Positions 48,501 to 60,483 of a DNA stretch of 64,000 nt are shown here, piece after piece. The notes under the pieces are model-generated. The model made no database searches. It was not told the origin of the DNA and was given only the letters and a program-made list of their open reading frames with translations. Source of the DNA: Azolla caroliniana (Eukaryota > Plantae > Polypodiophyta); NCBI GenBank assembly GCA_043228905.1, contig JBHGNT010000006.1, positions 10,354,001 to 10,418,000 of the forward strand. Reading direction: 5' to 3'. Numbering within the stretch: the stretch's first letter is position 1; the number at the start of each line of letters is the position of its first letter. The translations under genes and the position numbers were made by a program.

Positions 48501-49067
48501 ATTGGATGCTCCTAAGTCGATAAACCATACATCGTTTGAGGAAGAGGTGCTTGTCGAACCCTGTGCCGACATCGAATGAGCTTTGTGCCTCATTATGAAC
48601 ATTCCGCCATGATCATCATAATTGGAATTCGTGGCATAATTTATGAGTTGTTGGGTGGTCGAAGCTGACTCTCGCTTCTTCTTTCGGCACTCCTCTTCAT
48701 AGTGGTTGAGCTCTCCACAATACTTGCATTCGATTGGATTGTTGCAAAGGCTTGGTCCGGCAAGATGGCTCCTTCTTCTACCGAACTCCCTAGGATTGCT
48801 CTTATCGTCTTTCCATTGGTGGGAGTTGCGTTCTCGCGTCGTCTGACCTTGTCGCCCTCAACCGAATCGACCTCTATTTCCTCAACCTCTATTTCCTTGA
48901 CCGAATCCTCTTCCATCATCTGGTTGGGAGTAGAGCATTTGACCATATGGTGCGTTGCTCCTTTGTTGAACATGATTTTCTTCCACCAGTAATATCGACT
49001 GAAGGTCGGAAAAGGAGGGAGGGTTCTCCCTTGCAAGAATGGCCGATCTGATCATGCCGAATCGCGG
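45507..49067 (-). mobile_element. Copia F: decayed A/C-like Copia, 3' part, with gag interrupted by S2
   Basis: RH STKAEY..HARTHHIEVHYHF, INT, PR VWFIDLGASNHM, gag PRFGMIRSAILARENPPSFSDLQ cut at 49067. PPT 45834-45840, LTR edge at 45833 (left end 45507 tentative). The RT core is deleted near 46500. Confidence 0.85.
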
Positions 49068-49276
49068 TGTCGTGATAATCCGCCACTATAAGTGGATCGT
49101 GAAGCGGAACCGCCGGGGTTAAGGACTGGAAGGAATTAGTGCTCATCCGTACAACACAAGCAATATTTGAACATAAGACAAGTAGGAGGGAGAAAACGTT
49201 CGTTTCTTGCAAAAGAAAATATATTCTTTATGATTCTAGAATCATGTTACAATGGATTGGATATGAATATAAAAGA

Positions 49277-49470
49277 TCATTCTTAAAAGAAAGGAGCCAA
49301 CAACCATGTAAGGAGTGCTCTGATATGAATATGAGAGATTATTCTTGAAAGGAAGGAGCCAACAACTATGTAAGGAGTGGTCCGATATGAATATGAGAGA
49401 TTATCCTTGAAAGGAAGGAGCCAACAACCATGTAAGGAGTGGTCCGATATGTATATGAGAGATTATTTTC
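49277..49470. repeat. Three ~60-bp tandem repeats inside S2
   Basis: aaggagccaacaaccatgtaaggagtggtccgatatgaatatgagagattat x3. Confidence 0.85.
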
Positions 49471-50249
49471 CCCCAAGGAATGGGAGAGAGCAGAAGAGAA
49501 GGGAAAACTAGAGAAAAAAAAAAGAGTGGAACATATACAGAGTTCTTTGTTGATCATAGCTGATAGAGAGAAGATAGAAAGAAGAGAGAAGGAAGATATA
49601 TAGATCCAAGTCTACAAAGATATATGGATAACAACACAACCACACTACATGAATGGGCAAGAAAAACACCACAAGAAGTAGACTCCTCCTTCACCACCTT
49701 ACTCTTCTTGCTTTATATGAAGTTCTCCTCTACTAGTTTCCCTTGCTTTCTTTTCCACGCTTATTTTAGAGCTTTTCCATCTCCTATTCTTAGCTATGAC
49801 ACAACAATCGTCAAATCTTCATACAAGCTCCAAATTTAGGGATTTAAAAAGTTATAGATAGCTGACTTCACGAGCTTTCTAACCCATATTTGCACATTAT
49901 ATTTGGCTTCCAAACGAATGAGTTATGAGCATTCGTTTCAAACTGTGTTTTGGTGGCCCGTTTTTTTCTTCTTTTACTTTTCTCCATCTTTCTTGCTTTT
50001 AGTTTTGACTTATCCTTGAGACCTTTGTTCGTGATTTTGCCCTCCGGATGTGAACGCACCATACCTTATAGTCTTGTAGACTTCAATACCTTGAATTCTA
50101 AAAACACTTTCACAATAGCCTCGCATGTTCCTTTGCATGCCTCCCCTTTTAGTTGCATGGCCTCCATTTTTAGTTGCTTGACCTTTAATTTTAGTTGCAT
50201 GTGACCGTTCATATAATTTGGCCATATGATCCAATCATCCATAAAGTTC

Positions 50250-50386
50250 AGCCCGTGCGTAATCCGTCCTGTGTGTGCAAGTTCCGACCGCACAGTGTAC
50301 GCATCCGTGCGCGTGTCCCGACTGCCCCGTGTACGCATCTGCGCGCGCGTCCCGACAGCCCCGTGTACGCGTCCACACACATGCGT
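50250..50386. repeat. CpG-rich ~34-bp minisatellite of S2, continuing at 53264-53480 after G
   Basis: gtgtacgcatc..gcgtcccgac.g.c. units on both sides of G. Confidence 0.8.
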
Positions 50387-53263
50387 TGTCGTGCCTTTCG
50401 GCTCCGGATCGTTTGCGTGAGTCGAGTGGTTCCCACCCGACTCACGCAAACGATCCGGAGCCGAAAGGCACGACATAGTTGGTGAACCCGACGTGAAGAG
50501 GGGTGGTAAGGAGATGGAGAATCAACAAGAGGCAATGAGCATAACGATGATGATGATGTTCGAGCGGATGCTACAAGAACAACGAGTGATGTCGGAGATC
50601 ACGGGGCAGTAAAGCGGCTCGTACAACGAAACGGACAATTCAACGGAAACGATGTGTCATGCTATCTACGTGACTACAAGGCGGAGATGATACGATGTGG
50701 GATACCGGAAGGATTGCAAGTGACATCCTTCAATCGGGTGGCCACGGATGAGCTACAAGAGAGAATCTACAAGATACGGCAACAAAATTCGACATGGGGG
50801 TCATTCGAAGAAGCTTTACGAGAGGCATATGATTACAAGAGATCGAAGGGAAAAGATCGGCGAGAATTCGACGAATGGGTGGCGTTGGAGAAGACTCACC
50901 GAAGTGCAACGCAAGCGTTCCTAGAGTTCGAGCATCGTTTTGCTTGATTCTCGGAGCGGGAACGAAGATTGGTGGGAGAAGATAAAGTCTTAATGTTCGT
51001 AAGATCGATCGATCGGAAAGAAAGGATGGACATTGGGATCGAACTCGAAGATGATGACGGTGCGAACGGCCTTACCGAGGATTGGGCCAAAGTCGAAAGG
51101 GTATGCCGGAGACATGATGAGAGGAAGATGAGAATCTTGTCAACGACATGGCCCATGAAGGATGGTCGATTGAGGAAAAACGATGAAGCCAATATGAAGG
51201 CCGAAATACAACATGATGGTACCACGGGAGAAAGAGTGGAACAAGACACCCACTCGTCTTGTGAAAGAACGATGGCGAAGGATAAGGCCGATAATTCAAG
51301 TGTAGAAGGAAATTTCGGGATACAAGTGCCCGAGACATCGGGTCAAAAAGGGGTAAGCATAATAGATGTTTGCATAATTGATGCAGATAAAGAGTGTGAA
51401 GCGGATGTGATTAAGGAGGTAGCCACAAAAGACGAAATCGAATCGGAGGTGGCTATGGACGAATCAATGGCGGATTGCCATATCGAGACTTCCCCACCAC
51501 TGATTCCAGAGACTCCGGCGGTTGCGATCGAAAGGCAACGTGAGACCGAAGAGACGGAAGGTGGCGGAGAGAAAACGAATGTCGAAGCCGACGAATACGA
51601 TGAAGAGATAGCCGAGAAGAATGCTAAGGGTGAAACTACGAAAGAAGGTAATACCGAGGATTCATGCCAACAATATCTAGAGACTTCGGCGGTTGTGTCC
51701 GAGAACCAACGTGAGACCGGAGAGACGGGAGATGGCGGCGAGGAAGGTAAAGTCGGAAGTCGGTTCGGATGGAAAATGATCCATCCGAAATTCCAATCTA
51801 AAAGAAAGTGCGACAATGCGGAGGTCGGGTCTACGACGGGAGAAGCGCGTAATACAGAGCACGCTCTACGGCGAATAAAGAAACGCGTGTTATGGCGAAT
51901 AAAGAAGCACGCGCTACGGCGAGAAAAGAAGCATGCATTACAACCACACGAGGACCGAACAATGAGCACATATCGGAGGACCTACGTGGCGAACAACGGA
52001 AAGAAGTGCCGAAAGTCGAACCGGACAAGGCAGGTGAAAACGAAGAAAAGAAAGCAAATCCGGACGAAAAGAAAAGAAAAGAAACCGACCCGAAAGAGCA
52101 CTGAATCGGTAAAAACCGATCAACCGAGTCCGGATCGACCGAATACAAATCGGAAAGGAAGCCGAACTAAACGAAAGACGATCCGACGAGACCGAATCGG
52201 AAGTAAGCTAATCCGACTAAACCGAAAATCCGAAAAGAAGTCGAGATTGATGAAGACAAGAAAGAGGCCAGTAAAAGACACTACCACGAATGACAAGGGC
52301 CAAGAATATGACGAGAGAGAACAAAGAATATGGTGGATCGGATGGCGACAATGGTTCGGGTGGAAAGAATGGATGTGCTCCAAATGGAGAGACAAAGTCA
52401 ACATAACAAGAGAAGTCGAGGGTACTTCGAGCCGGCAACGAAACCAATCGGGTAGAGACCGGACGGAGGAGACTAACAAACACCAACAACTTCGGCACAT
52501 ACCGGAGGATGTGCGGGTAACTGTGTCGTGCCTTTCGGCTCCGGATCGTTTGCGTGAGTCGGGTGGGAACCACTGGGGTTTTGGACTAGGAGGAGGAAGA
52601 ATTTGAGGCTAATCTAATTATGAATATCAATAGATTATAAGAAAGAGATATAGAAATTTCGTGAATCCCACGAGTGTATTGTATTCGATTAATCAATATT
52701 TAGATAAGAATATGTATTTAGATTGAAAGAAAGATATAAGAAACTTGTGAATCCCACAAGTATAGATTATATTATTTTCGTGAATCCCACGATTATATTA
52801 ATTGGTTGGTGTTTTCGGAAATATATCCAATTTCCCAAATATTTTTCACACACAATTACATTGTGCTTCCCATCCTTATGTAGTGATGAGGAAGTCTTAG
52901 TAATCCATGCTTTTTCTCTAACTATAGACCCCATGCTTTTCCTATAGATAGACTATATGCTTTATCTAAAGTGATCATGCTTTTTCTAACTTGTGCGTTT
53001 TTTATCATGCACGCTAGATGTGTATGTGTAGCTTTTTCTTTTGTTATGCGTTTTTCTAATGTTTATCCTAGCGTGAATTTACCTTTCTATGTGGGACATC
53101 TATGCTTTAACACTAATGAAATGCTAGTGTAATGGTAAGACATTACATTATTAACATGGAGGTGCAAGGTTCGAATCTTGCCCTATGCATGTTCCATTTA
53201 TTTTGCTATTTTCTTCTATTTCTTCATTTTTTATTGAATCTAATACTATATACGTTAAGAACA
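50387..53263. mobile_element. G: gag-only LTR element with inverted internal domain
   Basis: TSD GCGT (50383-50386 / 53264-53267). 38 bp of LTR terminus, then inverted U5 end, PBS-Trp and gag on plus, then aactg and a full LTR 52524-53263 in the opposite orientation. Confidence 0.85.
50515..52518 (+). pseudogene. G Gag plus acidic/basic tail, homologous to the H ORF
   Basis: MENQQEAM.., YLRDYKAEMIRCG, FVRSIDRKERMDIG, WWIGWRQWFGWKEW. Frameshift near 50605 and TGA at 50945. Confidence 0.85.
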
Positions 53264-54589
53264 GCGTGTCCCAACCGCGCCATGTACGCGTCTGGACACA
53301 CGCGCATCTGGACCGTGCCATGTACGCATTCGTGCGCGTCGGCACACACGCATCGTGTACGCATCCCAACCGAGCCGTGTATGCGTCTGCACACACGCGT
53401 TGTGTACTTGTCCGCACGCACGTCCCGACCGAGCCGTGTACACATCCGTAGAGCCGCACATCCCGACCATGCCGTACGCTGTGGCCTATCAAGGCATGAC
53501 CCAAAACCATTTGAGCCATTCTCCACACAATTTAGCCCAAGTCACCTTGAACATTCTGTGCTTCACACATAGACAAAAGTAATAGGTTCTGGCTCTCCTT
53601 ATATACTATGGGGATCCAATGTTGTCCTATCTATGTGGGATATCTCACAATTTGTTTTCCCAATCTTCTCAAACTTCACACTCACATACCTTGATACTTG
53701 TTTATCCGTTTCATGTGTAGTAAAATGCGTTATAAAGCTGTTGATGACATCTATCTTTCCATATCAATCCATTAAGCTAATCTTAAATAATTATTTTACT
53801 AGTTTTCATATCGTGTGTAAAAAACCACACGATAACGGTGTTAAGCCGCCGAGGCATATTTGAACCATTTCGTCATCGTCAATGATGATGTTGATCGATC
53901 CGAGGGAATCACACAACTCGTTGATCTTCAAGGTGCAACTGGTAATCGACATGTCCCTCTATTGCATATTGTTTAACTCATGTCGGAGTTGGAGCTTTTG
54001 TGCAGTCGTGTTAGCTGCAAAAATCTTCTTGGATTACCCCAAGCTTCTTTCAGCATTTTTGACTCTCGAATATAGCCGAGCATGTGATCATGAACGCATG
54101 ATACAAGGCAATACTGTTAGAGCTTAGCTACTAATGTAAGCATATGATAAGGATAAAAGATACATAAATAAGAAAGGAGAGAGAGAAAGAAGGGTGCCAA
54201 TCCACCCGAACACCCCTGAGCAAAGGGATCGAGACGGACTCGAGCTTCGATCGGCGTCCCATACCAACGTTGTGGCATCGAGTCGTACCTAGTGCTGGTG
54301 CGCTCGCTATAAGAGTTGACCCAACACAATGTCAGAGTCTTGATGTAGTAGATAATGTGTCAAATGAGGGTAGCTAGGACTCATATTTATAGCCAGACCT
54401 AAGGCTCCAAAGCAAGTTCACACTTGGCCTAATGGGTTGTCTCAATCCCGAGGATTAAAAGTAATCCTCCCCTTCTTTACACTCTCGTTTAACCCTCACA
54501 CTTTATCCATGTGTATAGCATACTACGGTAAATTCTCACCACAAGATATTATATGGTCATGCATGTAACATACTCCCCCTCTTGAAAAC

Positions 54590-57500
54590 ATTGCACTCTT
54601 GCAATGGAAAGTTAGGGAAGTTAGTTCTAAGAGTATTTTCACATTCCCATGTGGCATCTTTTATAGACTTATCCATCCATTTAATTTTAAATTCTCGGAT
54701 TATTTTAGAACATTATGCAATTTTTTTGTTTTAATATCGAGAATTCTTTCTGGTACATGTGGTTTAGAAGATAGATCTTCAGAAGTAACTAGAGTTTTAG
54801 TTGTCACTATATTGTGGCCAGAACCAAGAAGTTCTTTTAGATGACTTACATGAAAAACTGGATGGATTTCAATGCCATTAGGAAGAGCGAGACGATAATC
54901 TAATGAACCAATGCGTTTGAGGATTGTAAAAGGTTCTCAAAACCATGGGGCTAACTTAGTGCACTAACCCGTAGACAATGTCTTAGAATTGTGAGGTACA
55001 CTTAAAAATACTTTCTATCTAGGGTTGAATACACGAGATTGCCTATTATGATCGGCATAAAAACGCGCACTATCTTGAGCTATTTTTATATTATCTTGTG
55101 CAATATGCAACATATCTTGCATATCCTGAAGAAATTTTTGTGTACTTCGCAACTCATCATGATGTATATTAACATCAATCGGGGCTCGTGGCTGAAAACC
55201 ATACATCAACATAAAAGGACTATATCTCGTCGATGTATGCTTGGAGCTATTATAAGCAAACTCCAAAATTGGGAGATAACATTCCCATTTTGTTGGTTTT
55301 GTACCAACATATGCACGGAGCATGTCCTCAATAATTTGATTTACTCCTTCTGTCTATCCATCAAATTGAGGATGATCCATGGAGCACATGCTCAATGTAG
55401 TTTCTAACTTCTTAAGGACTTGCGTCCAATAGTCGCTAGTAAAGTTTGGATTTTGATCACTCACGATATCCATCGGTAACCCATAAAAAAAAATAACTCT
55501 TCAATGAATTGGTAAGACAATTCAAGAATTGTTAGTGTGGTTTTAGTAGCAATAAACCACAACCCAGATGGCAGCGTGGCCTTTTTGGGTGCGAGGAAGG
55601 CTAACAAGAAAATCCATTTATATACTTTCCCACTTATTATTGGGAATGTCCAAGGGATGTAAAAGTCTCGCGGCTTTAAGTCGCTCGGCTTTGTTAACTT
55701 GACACTGGTGACATTTAGTCACATAACTATGTATGTCAGGACGCATCTTAGGCCTATAGAATTGAGTGGAGATGAGAACGAGTGTACGATGTATTCTAGG
55801 GTGCCCTGCTAAGGGTGCATGATGGCATTAAAAAAGAATTCTCTTTCTGACCTTAGGCAAATTTGGAACACAAACCTTCCCATTATGGCACACCAGACCA
55901 TTAGCAATGTGGAAGGATTCCTTCGAGGATGTGGTGGTGTCTGTTCTAGACTCAACTCTTGCCCAATATTTCACAAAATAACTGTCATCATGATACTTTC
56001 CTCGAAGGTGATCATAAAGCTTTGATGTTATTTCAGTGAAGCTAAGCATGTTAACTTCACGGATGTGGCTTAATGCATCAAGGACAGTGTTCATGGAACC
56101 TTTACGATATTGTATGGAAAAATGAAAGTCCTAGATGATATCTGCCCATCGTGTCTTACGACCCTTAAGGTCTTGTTGCTCACAAAAATATTTCAAGAAC
56201 TTGGGGTCCATAGTTACCACAAAACGATTACCATAAAGATAATGGCGCCATGTCTTGAGTGCATGCATAACTGCAAATAATTCCTTTTCTTGCACGGTAT
56301 ACTGACACTGAGCAGAATCAAGTTTCTTACTCTCAAATGCTATTGGTTTACCATATTGATATAGGACGACACCTATAACATAATCGCTTGCATCGGCTTC
56401 AACCTGAAAAGGTTTTGAAGGATCTGGTAAAAGAATCGAAGGAGCTTTGCACACCAAGTTCTTGAGTTCCTTTAAGGAGCATTCCACACAATAGATTTTG
56501 TAGACTTATGTGTTTGACCTTTGAGAAGATCAGTAAACAATGTTATCAATTGGGAGTAATTACGAAGAGGTTTTCGCAAAAACCCGACAAAACTAAGGAG
56601 TGATCAAACTTCTCGAATATTCCGACGAGTGGACCAAATTTTGACTTTCTCGATGCAAGAAGGATCAATTTCCACTCGTTCGGTTATGAGATGTTCAAGA
56701 TAAGTAATTGATTTTTTGAAGAACTCGTATTTTGAGATCTTCGAGTAGAATTGCTTGTCACGCAATGTTTGTAAAACAAAACGGACATGTTTAGCATGTT
56801 CTTCTAATGTATGGCTATAAACTAGAATATCATCCAAGAAAATAACGACAAATTTTCAAAGTTGTTCTCGGAAAATGTCATTCATTTCTTGTTGAAATGG
56901 GACAGAGCATTCGTCAAACCAAAAGGCATAACCAAAAACTCATAATGGCCATATCGTGTATGAAATGTCATTTTAGGAACATCTTCCTCAGTTATACGAA
57001 TTTGAAGGTAGCTTATACGAAGATCAAGTTTCGTAAAATACCGAGCTCCTTGGAGACGGTCAATTAGATCGTCACCCCGGGGCAATGGATATGAATTCTT
57101 GATCGTCACTTTATTCAAGCATCGGTAATTAATACACATACACCATGTATCCTCTTTCTTTTTAACCAAGAGAATAGGTGCACCCCATGAAGATTTATTA
57201 TAACGTATATAACTCATTCGTAAATAGTCATTGAGTTGCTTAGATACCTCATCCTCTTTGGATTGACTTAAGCGATAAGGAGGTATACTTATTGGTGCAA
57301 CACCATGTACAATATCTATACGATGGTTTATATTACGTTAAGGAGGTAACCCATGTGGTAGTTCACTCGGAAAAACATCATGAAAATCATTTAAGGTTTC
57401 ATCGAGTTGTTGTTCAAAATATGATAATTGACGCGAGACATTATCGAGATTATAAACATGAATGTTCAGATCAATTACACAATAAAATAAAGAAGAACAA

Positions 57501-58945
57501 GACAACTGAGATATTGATGGAGAGGAAACAATCGAAAGAGATTGTTCATTTACACATTGAATAAAATGAGTAGGATCGTTTAGTACAAAGGAAATGGAAT
57601 GGCGAACCCAATCAATAGACAAAGAAGAGTTTTTATTAAAAAATCAGGGATAACCCAATATTACATCAGTGGTACAAAGATTCATTACATGGAAATCTAC
57701 TTCCTCTATATAGGTATCAATGGAAATTCCTAATAAATAAATGGCCCCGTTGAGGTATTGTACTCTTCCATCAGCCAAGTGCACCCTATAGGTGTGATCA
57801 CTTACGGTGGGCTGGATTCCCCATATCTGAACAAAACGATCATTCACAAATTTGTGTGAGATTCCCAAATCAAATAAAATTGTACAGGATATCCATTGAT
57901 ATATCCGTTTGTATCAAATAAAATCATTGGGTCCTAATACATAGTGAGGGAAAGAACATTTACAATTACTTAAATGATGTGTATAGACCTCAAGGACATT
58001 ATGAATGTGACCTTTATGGTCTGCAACTTTTGTTTTGTTGTTGTGCTCTTTCCGTTGGAGCTTTCAACATTGCACTTTTGTATGACCATTATTTTGGCAG
58101 AATACACAAAAAGGATTTTGTCGCTTACCATCGTGATCCATGAATTCGTTGGGTGTCTTGCATTTCCCATTGAATTGTGATTGCTTAGTCACGGGTGCTT
58201 CGTTGGGTTTGTGATGGTCCTTCTTCGAAGTGTATTGCTAGTGAAGAACTATTTCAACGGCCTCTTCTAAGGATTTGGTATCCTTATCATGCACTATCCA
58301 GTGATAGTTTGAATTGGGGATACCATTGACAAAACAAGCTATCAACCAATTGTCCCCTTCTAGACCTAATTTTTGGATTTGGGGTTTACCATGGTGAACA
58401 TAGTCTTCTAGTGAGGAAAACTTCCTGCGAGAGATGTTCATTAAAGCTTGTACTACCTCGGTTCGAGATGGAGGTTGCAAAAATTGGCCCTCTAAAATTT
58501 TGACAAATTCTGTCCAGGTATCAGGCAATTTCCCCAAAGTGTGGAGCCCACGCCACCAAGCGGCGGCCTTACCCCATAGTTCTCAGCCGACATATGCAAT
58601 CTTCGTACTATCTGGCTTGGGATAGAGCTAAAAATGAGACTCCCATCGACCCAACCACGTGTAGATTGCTTCTTTGGTTCTTTCCTTTTTGTCTCGCGTA
58701 AATGACTTTACGACAAATGATGGTTCACCTTGACGCTCATCGGGTCTATTAGTATCACATTGTAAACTAATGACATGTGCCTCGAAAGCACTATGAGATT
58801 GCCAAAGTTCGGACATCTTACGTTCGGTTGAATTAAGGAAATTTTATATTTGTATCAAATATGACTCAATGGGGATTGGCCCAGGAGCATTTCCTTGAAT
58901 TCCTTCCGCTTGAGCGAATGACATCGGGTCGTTATTATGAGCCAT
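54590..58945 (-). pseudogene. Gypsy I gag-pol with C-terminal chromodomain
   Basis: [81 protein letters not shown], chromodomain PERILD..IKW..DATWE (~54620-54760). Confidence 0.9.
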
Positions 58946-60365
58946 TGAATGATAATTTCTAGCAAAGAAATAGGATAAGCCAGACAAATAGTCATAACAT
59001 TGTGTCATGATGTGAATATATCATGGGCAAACATTAATTGATATCATGATCTCACATCAATACCCCTCTAGACGTATGAGATGAGGTTCAAGATTAGGTT
59101 ACTATGGTAACACAAAGGTGTTTTAAAAACCATGGGGGTGACAAATGAAAGTTTTTCCCTGATCTCTATATCGATTTTTTCATGGCGGCTACCCGAGGCT
59201 CAACCATATATGTTTGCGTTATGAATAGTTTAAACACGAAAAGATGTTAACAATAAACTATGTCTCTGTGCCCACGCATGTCGTCTTGGCTCTTTAAGTC
59301 CTATTACGAGGACCTTGAAGTGCACTAGTACGTTACCCAACCTCAAGGCTCATCAATACAACGACATACCCCAAAGTGCAACCTAATGGTCAAACCACAC
59401 GAGCCCTCTTTTCGTAGTAGGCCCACGTGGCCCATCACATGGTTACATCATTACGAATGCCTTTCGTAATGATGATCTCATGGTGGCATCGTATCCATGT
59501 AATGAGGGTGGGATGTTGGATATATGTGTCAAAGGAGTGACCTCACATGAAGTGGGTCAAGCCCTACGTTGTCAACATCATTGTGACTATGATCATTTCA
59601 TTACGTAACGCAATCGAAGTGACCAACGGGGATGTAAACAAAAAAAATTGTTGAAAAAGGGATGGTGACTGTCATTCTCACAAAAATGTGAGGACGGACA
59701 CCAAGATCCTTTCCCCGAAAAGGATAATGTTCAACATACACAATCACGTAATATAAACTAATATATATTTATGTTTATCACATGTATACGATTAAATACG
59801 TATACACGTTGTCGTGCCTTTCGGCTCCGGATCGTTTGCGTGAGTCGGGTGGGAACCACTGAGGTTTTGGACTAGGAGAAAGAAAAATACAAATAAGGCT
59901 AGTAAAGAATACGTATAAAGAGTTATAAGATAAGAATCTCGTGAATCCCACGAGTTTAGTATATTTAGTCAATATTTAGGTAGTAAGAGAGAATTATTTT
60001 TAGCAAATTCGTGAATCCCACGAATATTTTAGATTGATTGATCATTATAGAAAAATAATCAACAAAAACTACAATGTGCTCCCCATCCTTATATAGTGAT
60101 GGGAGAGACTAAGCATAGCTACATGCTTTTTCTCATATGTTCATGCACACTAAATGTGCATGTGATGCTTTTCTAATCCTTGCTTTTATTTGCTAAATAT
60201 AGTGCTCATGCATGCTAGATGTGCATGAGTCACTTTTTAGTTGCTTGCGTTTTTCTATAAAATATTCACGCACTCTAAAAATGCATGATTTACCTTTTAA
60301 TAAAGGTAGGCGCAAATAAAGCAGTTATAGTTATTAAATCTATTTATAGAACACTAAAGATAAGG

Positions 60366-60419
60366 TAGCATAATGGTAAAGTTGAGGTTTGGCTACGTGG
60401 AGGTACAGGGTTCGAATCC
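60366..60419 (+). promoter_or_regulatory. Pol III type-2 A box and B box inside the H LTR (also 63106-63159; in G at 53125-53178)
   Basis: TAGCATAATGG fits TRGCNNARYGG and GGTTCGAATCC fits GGTTCGANNCC, 43 nt start to start. T4 at 60455-60458. Confidence 0.65.
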
Positions 60420-60483
60420 TGCCCTATGCACGTGATAAATATCTTGATATATTATTTTATTTATTTATATGTAATTAAATCGG

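Larger units (their letters stand above)
49068..53838 (-). mobile_element. S2: long LTR homologous to S1, interrupted by G and cut at 53838 by Gypsy I
   Basis: tgtcgtgataatccg..ggatcgtgaagcggaaccgccgggg matches the reverse complement of the S1 3' end. 53520-53830 matches the reverse complement of 5970-6290 (gatatcccacatagatagga..tatataag). The left flank is gcgg. Confidence 0.75.

Noticed and set aside
49277-49470. CRISPR-like 60-bp periodicity
   Set aside because: Whole units repeat without variable spacers; LTR-internal tandem repeat.
53835-53838. acgg flank of Gypsy I as a sixth CpG-centred target
   Set aside because: Different lineage (chromovirus), and the other TSD copy is outside the window, so its length cannot be verified.
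60359-60430. Functional tRNA gene in the H LTR
   Set aside because: Acceptor, anticodon and T stems do not pair properly; only the A/B boxes are supported.
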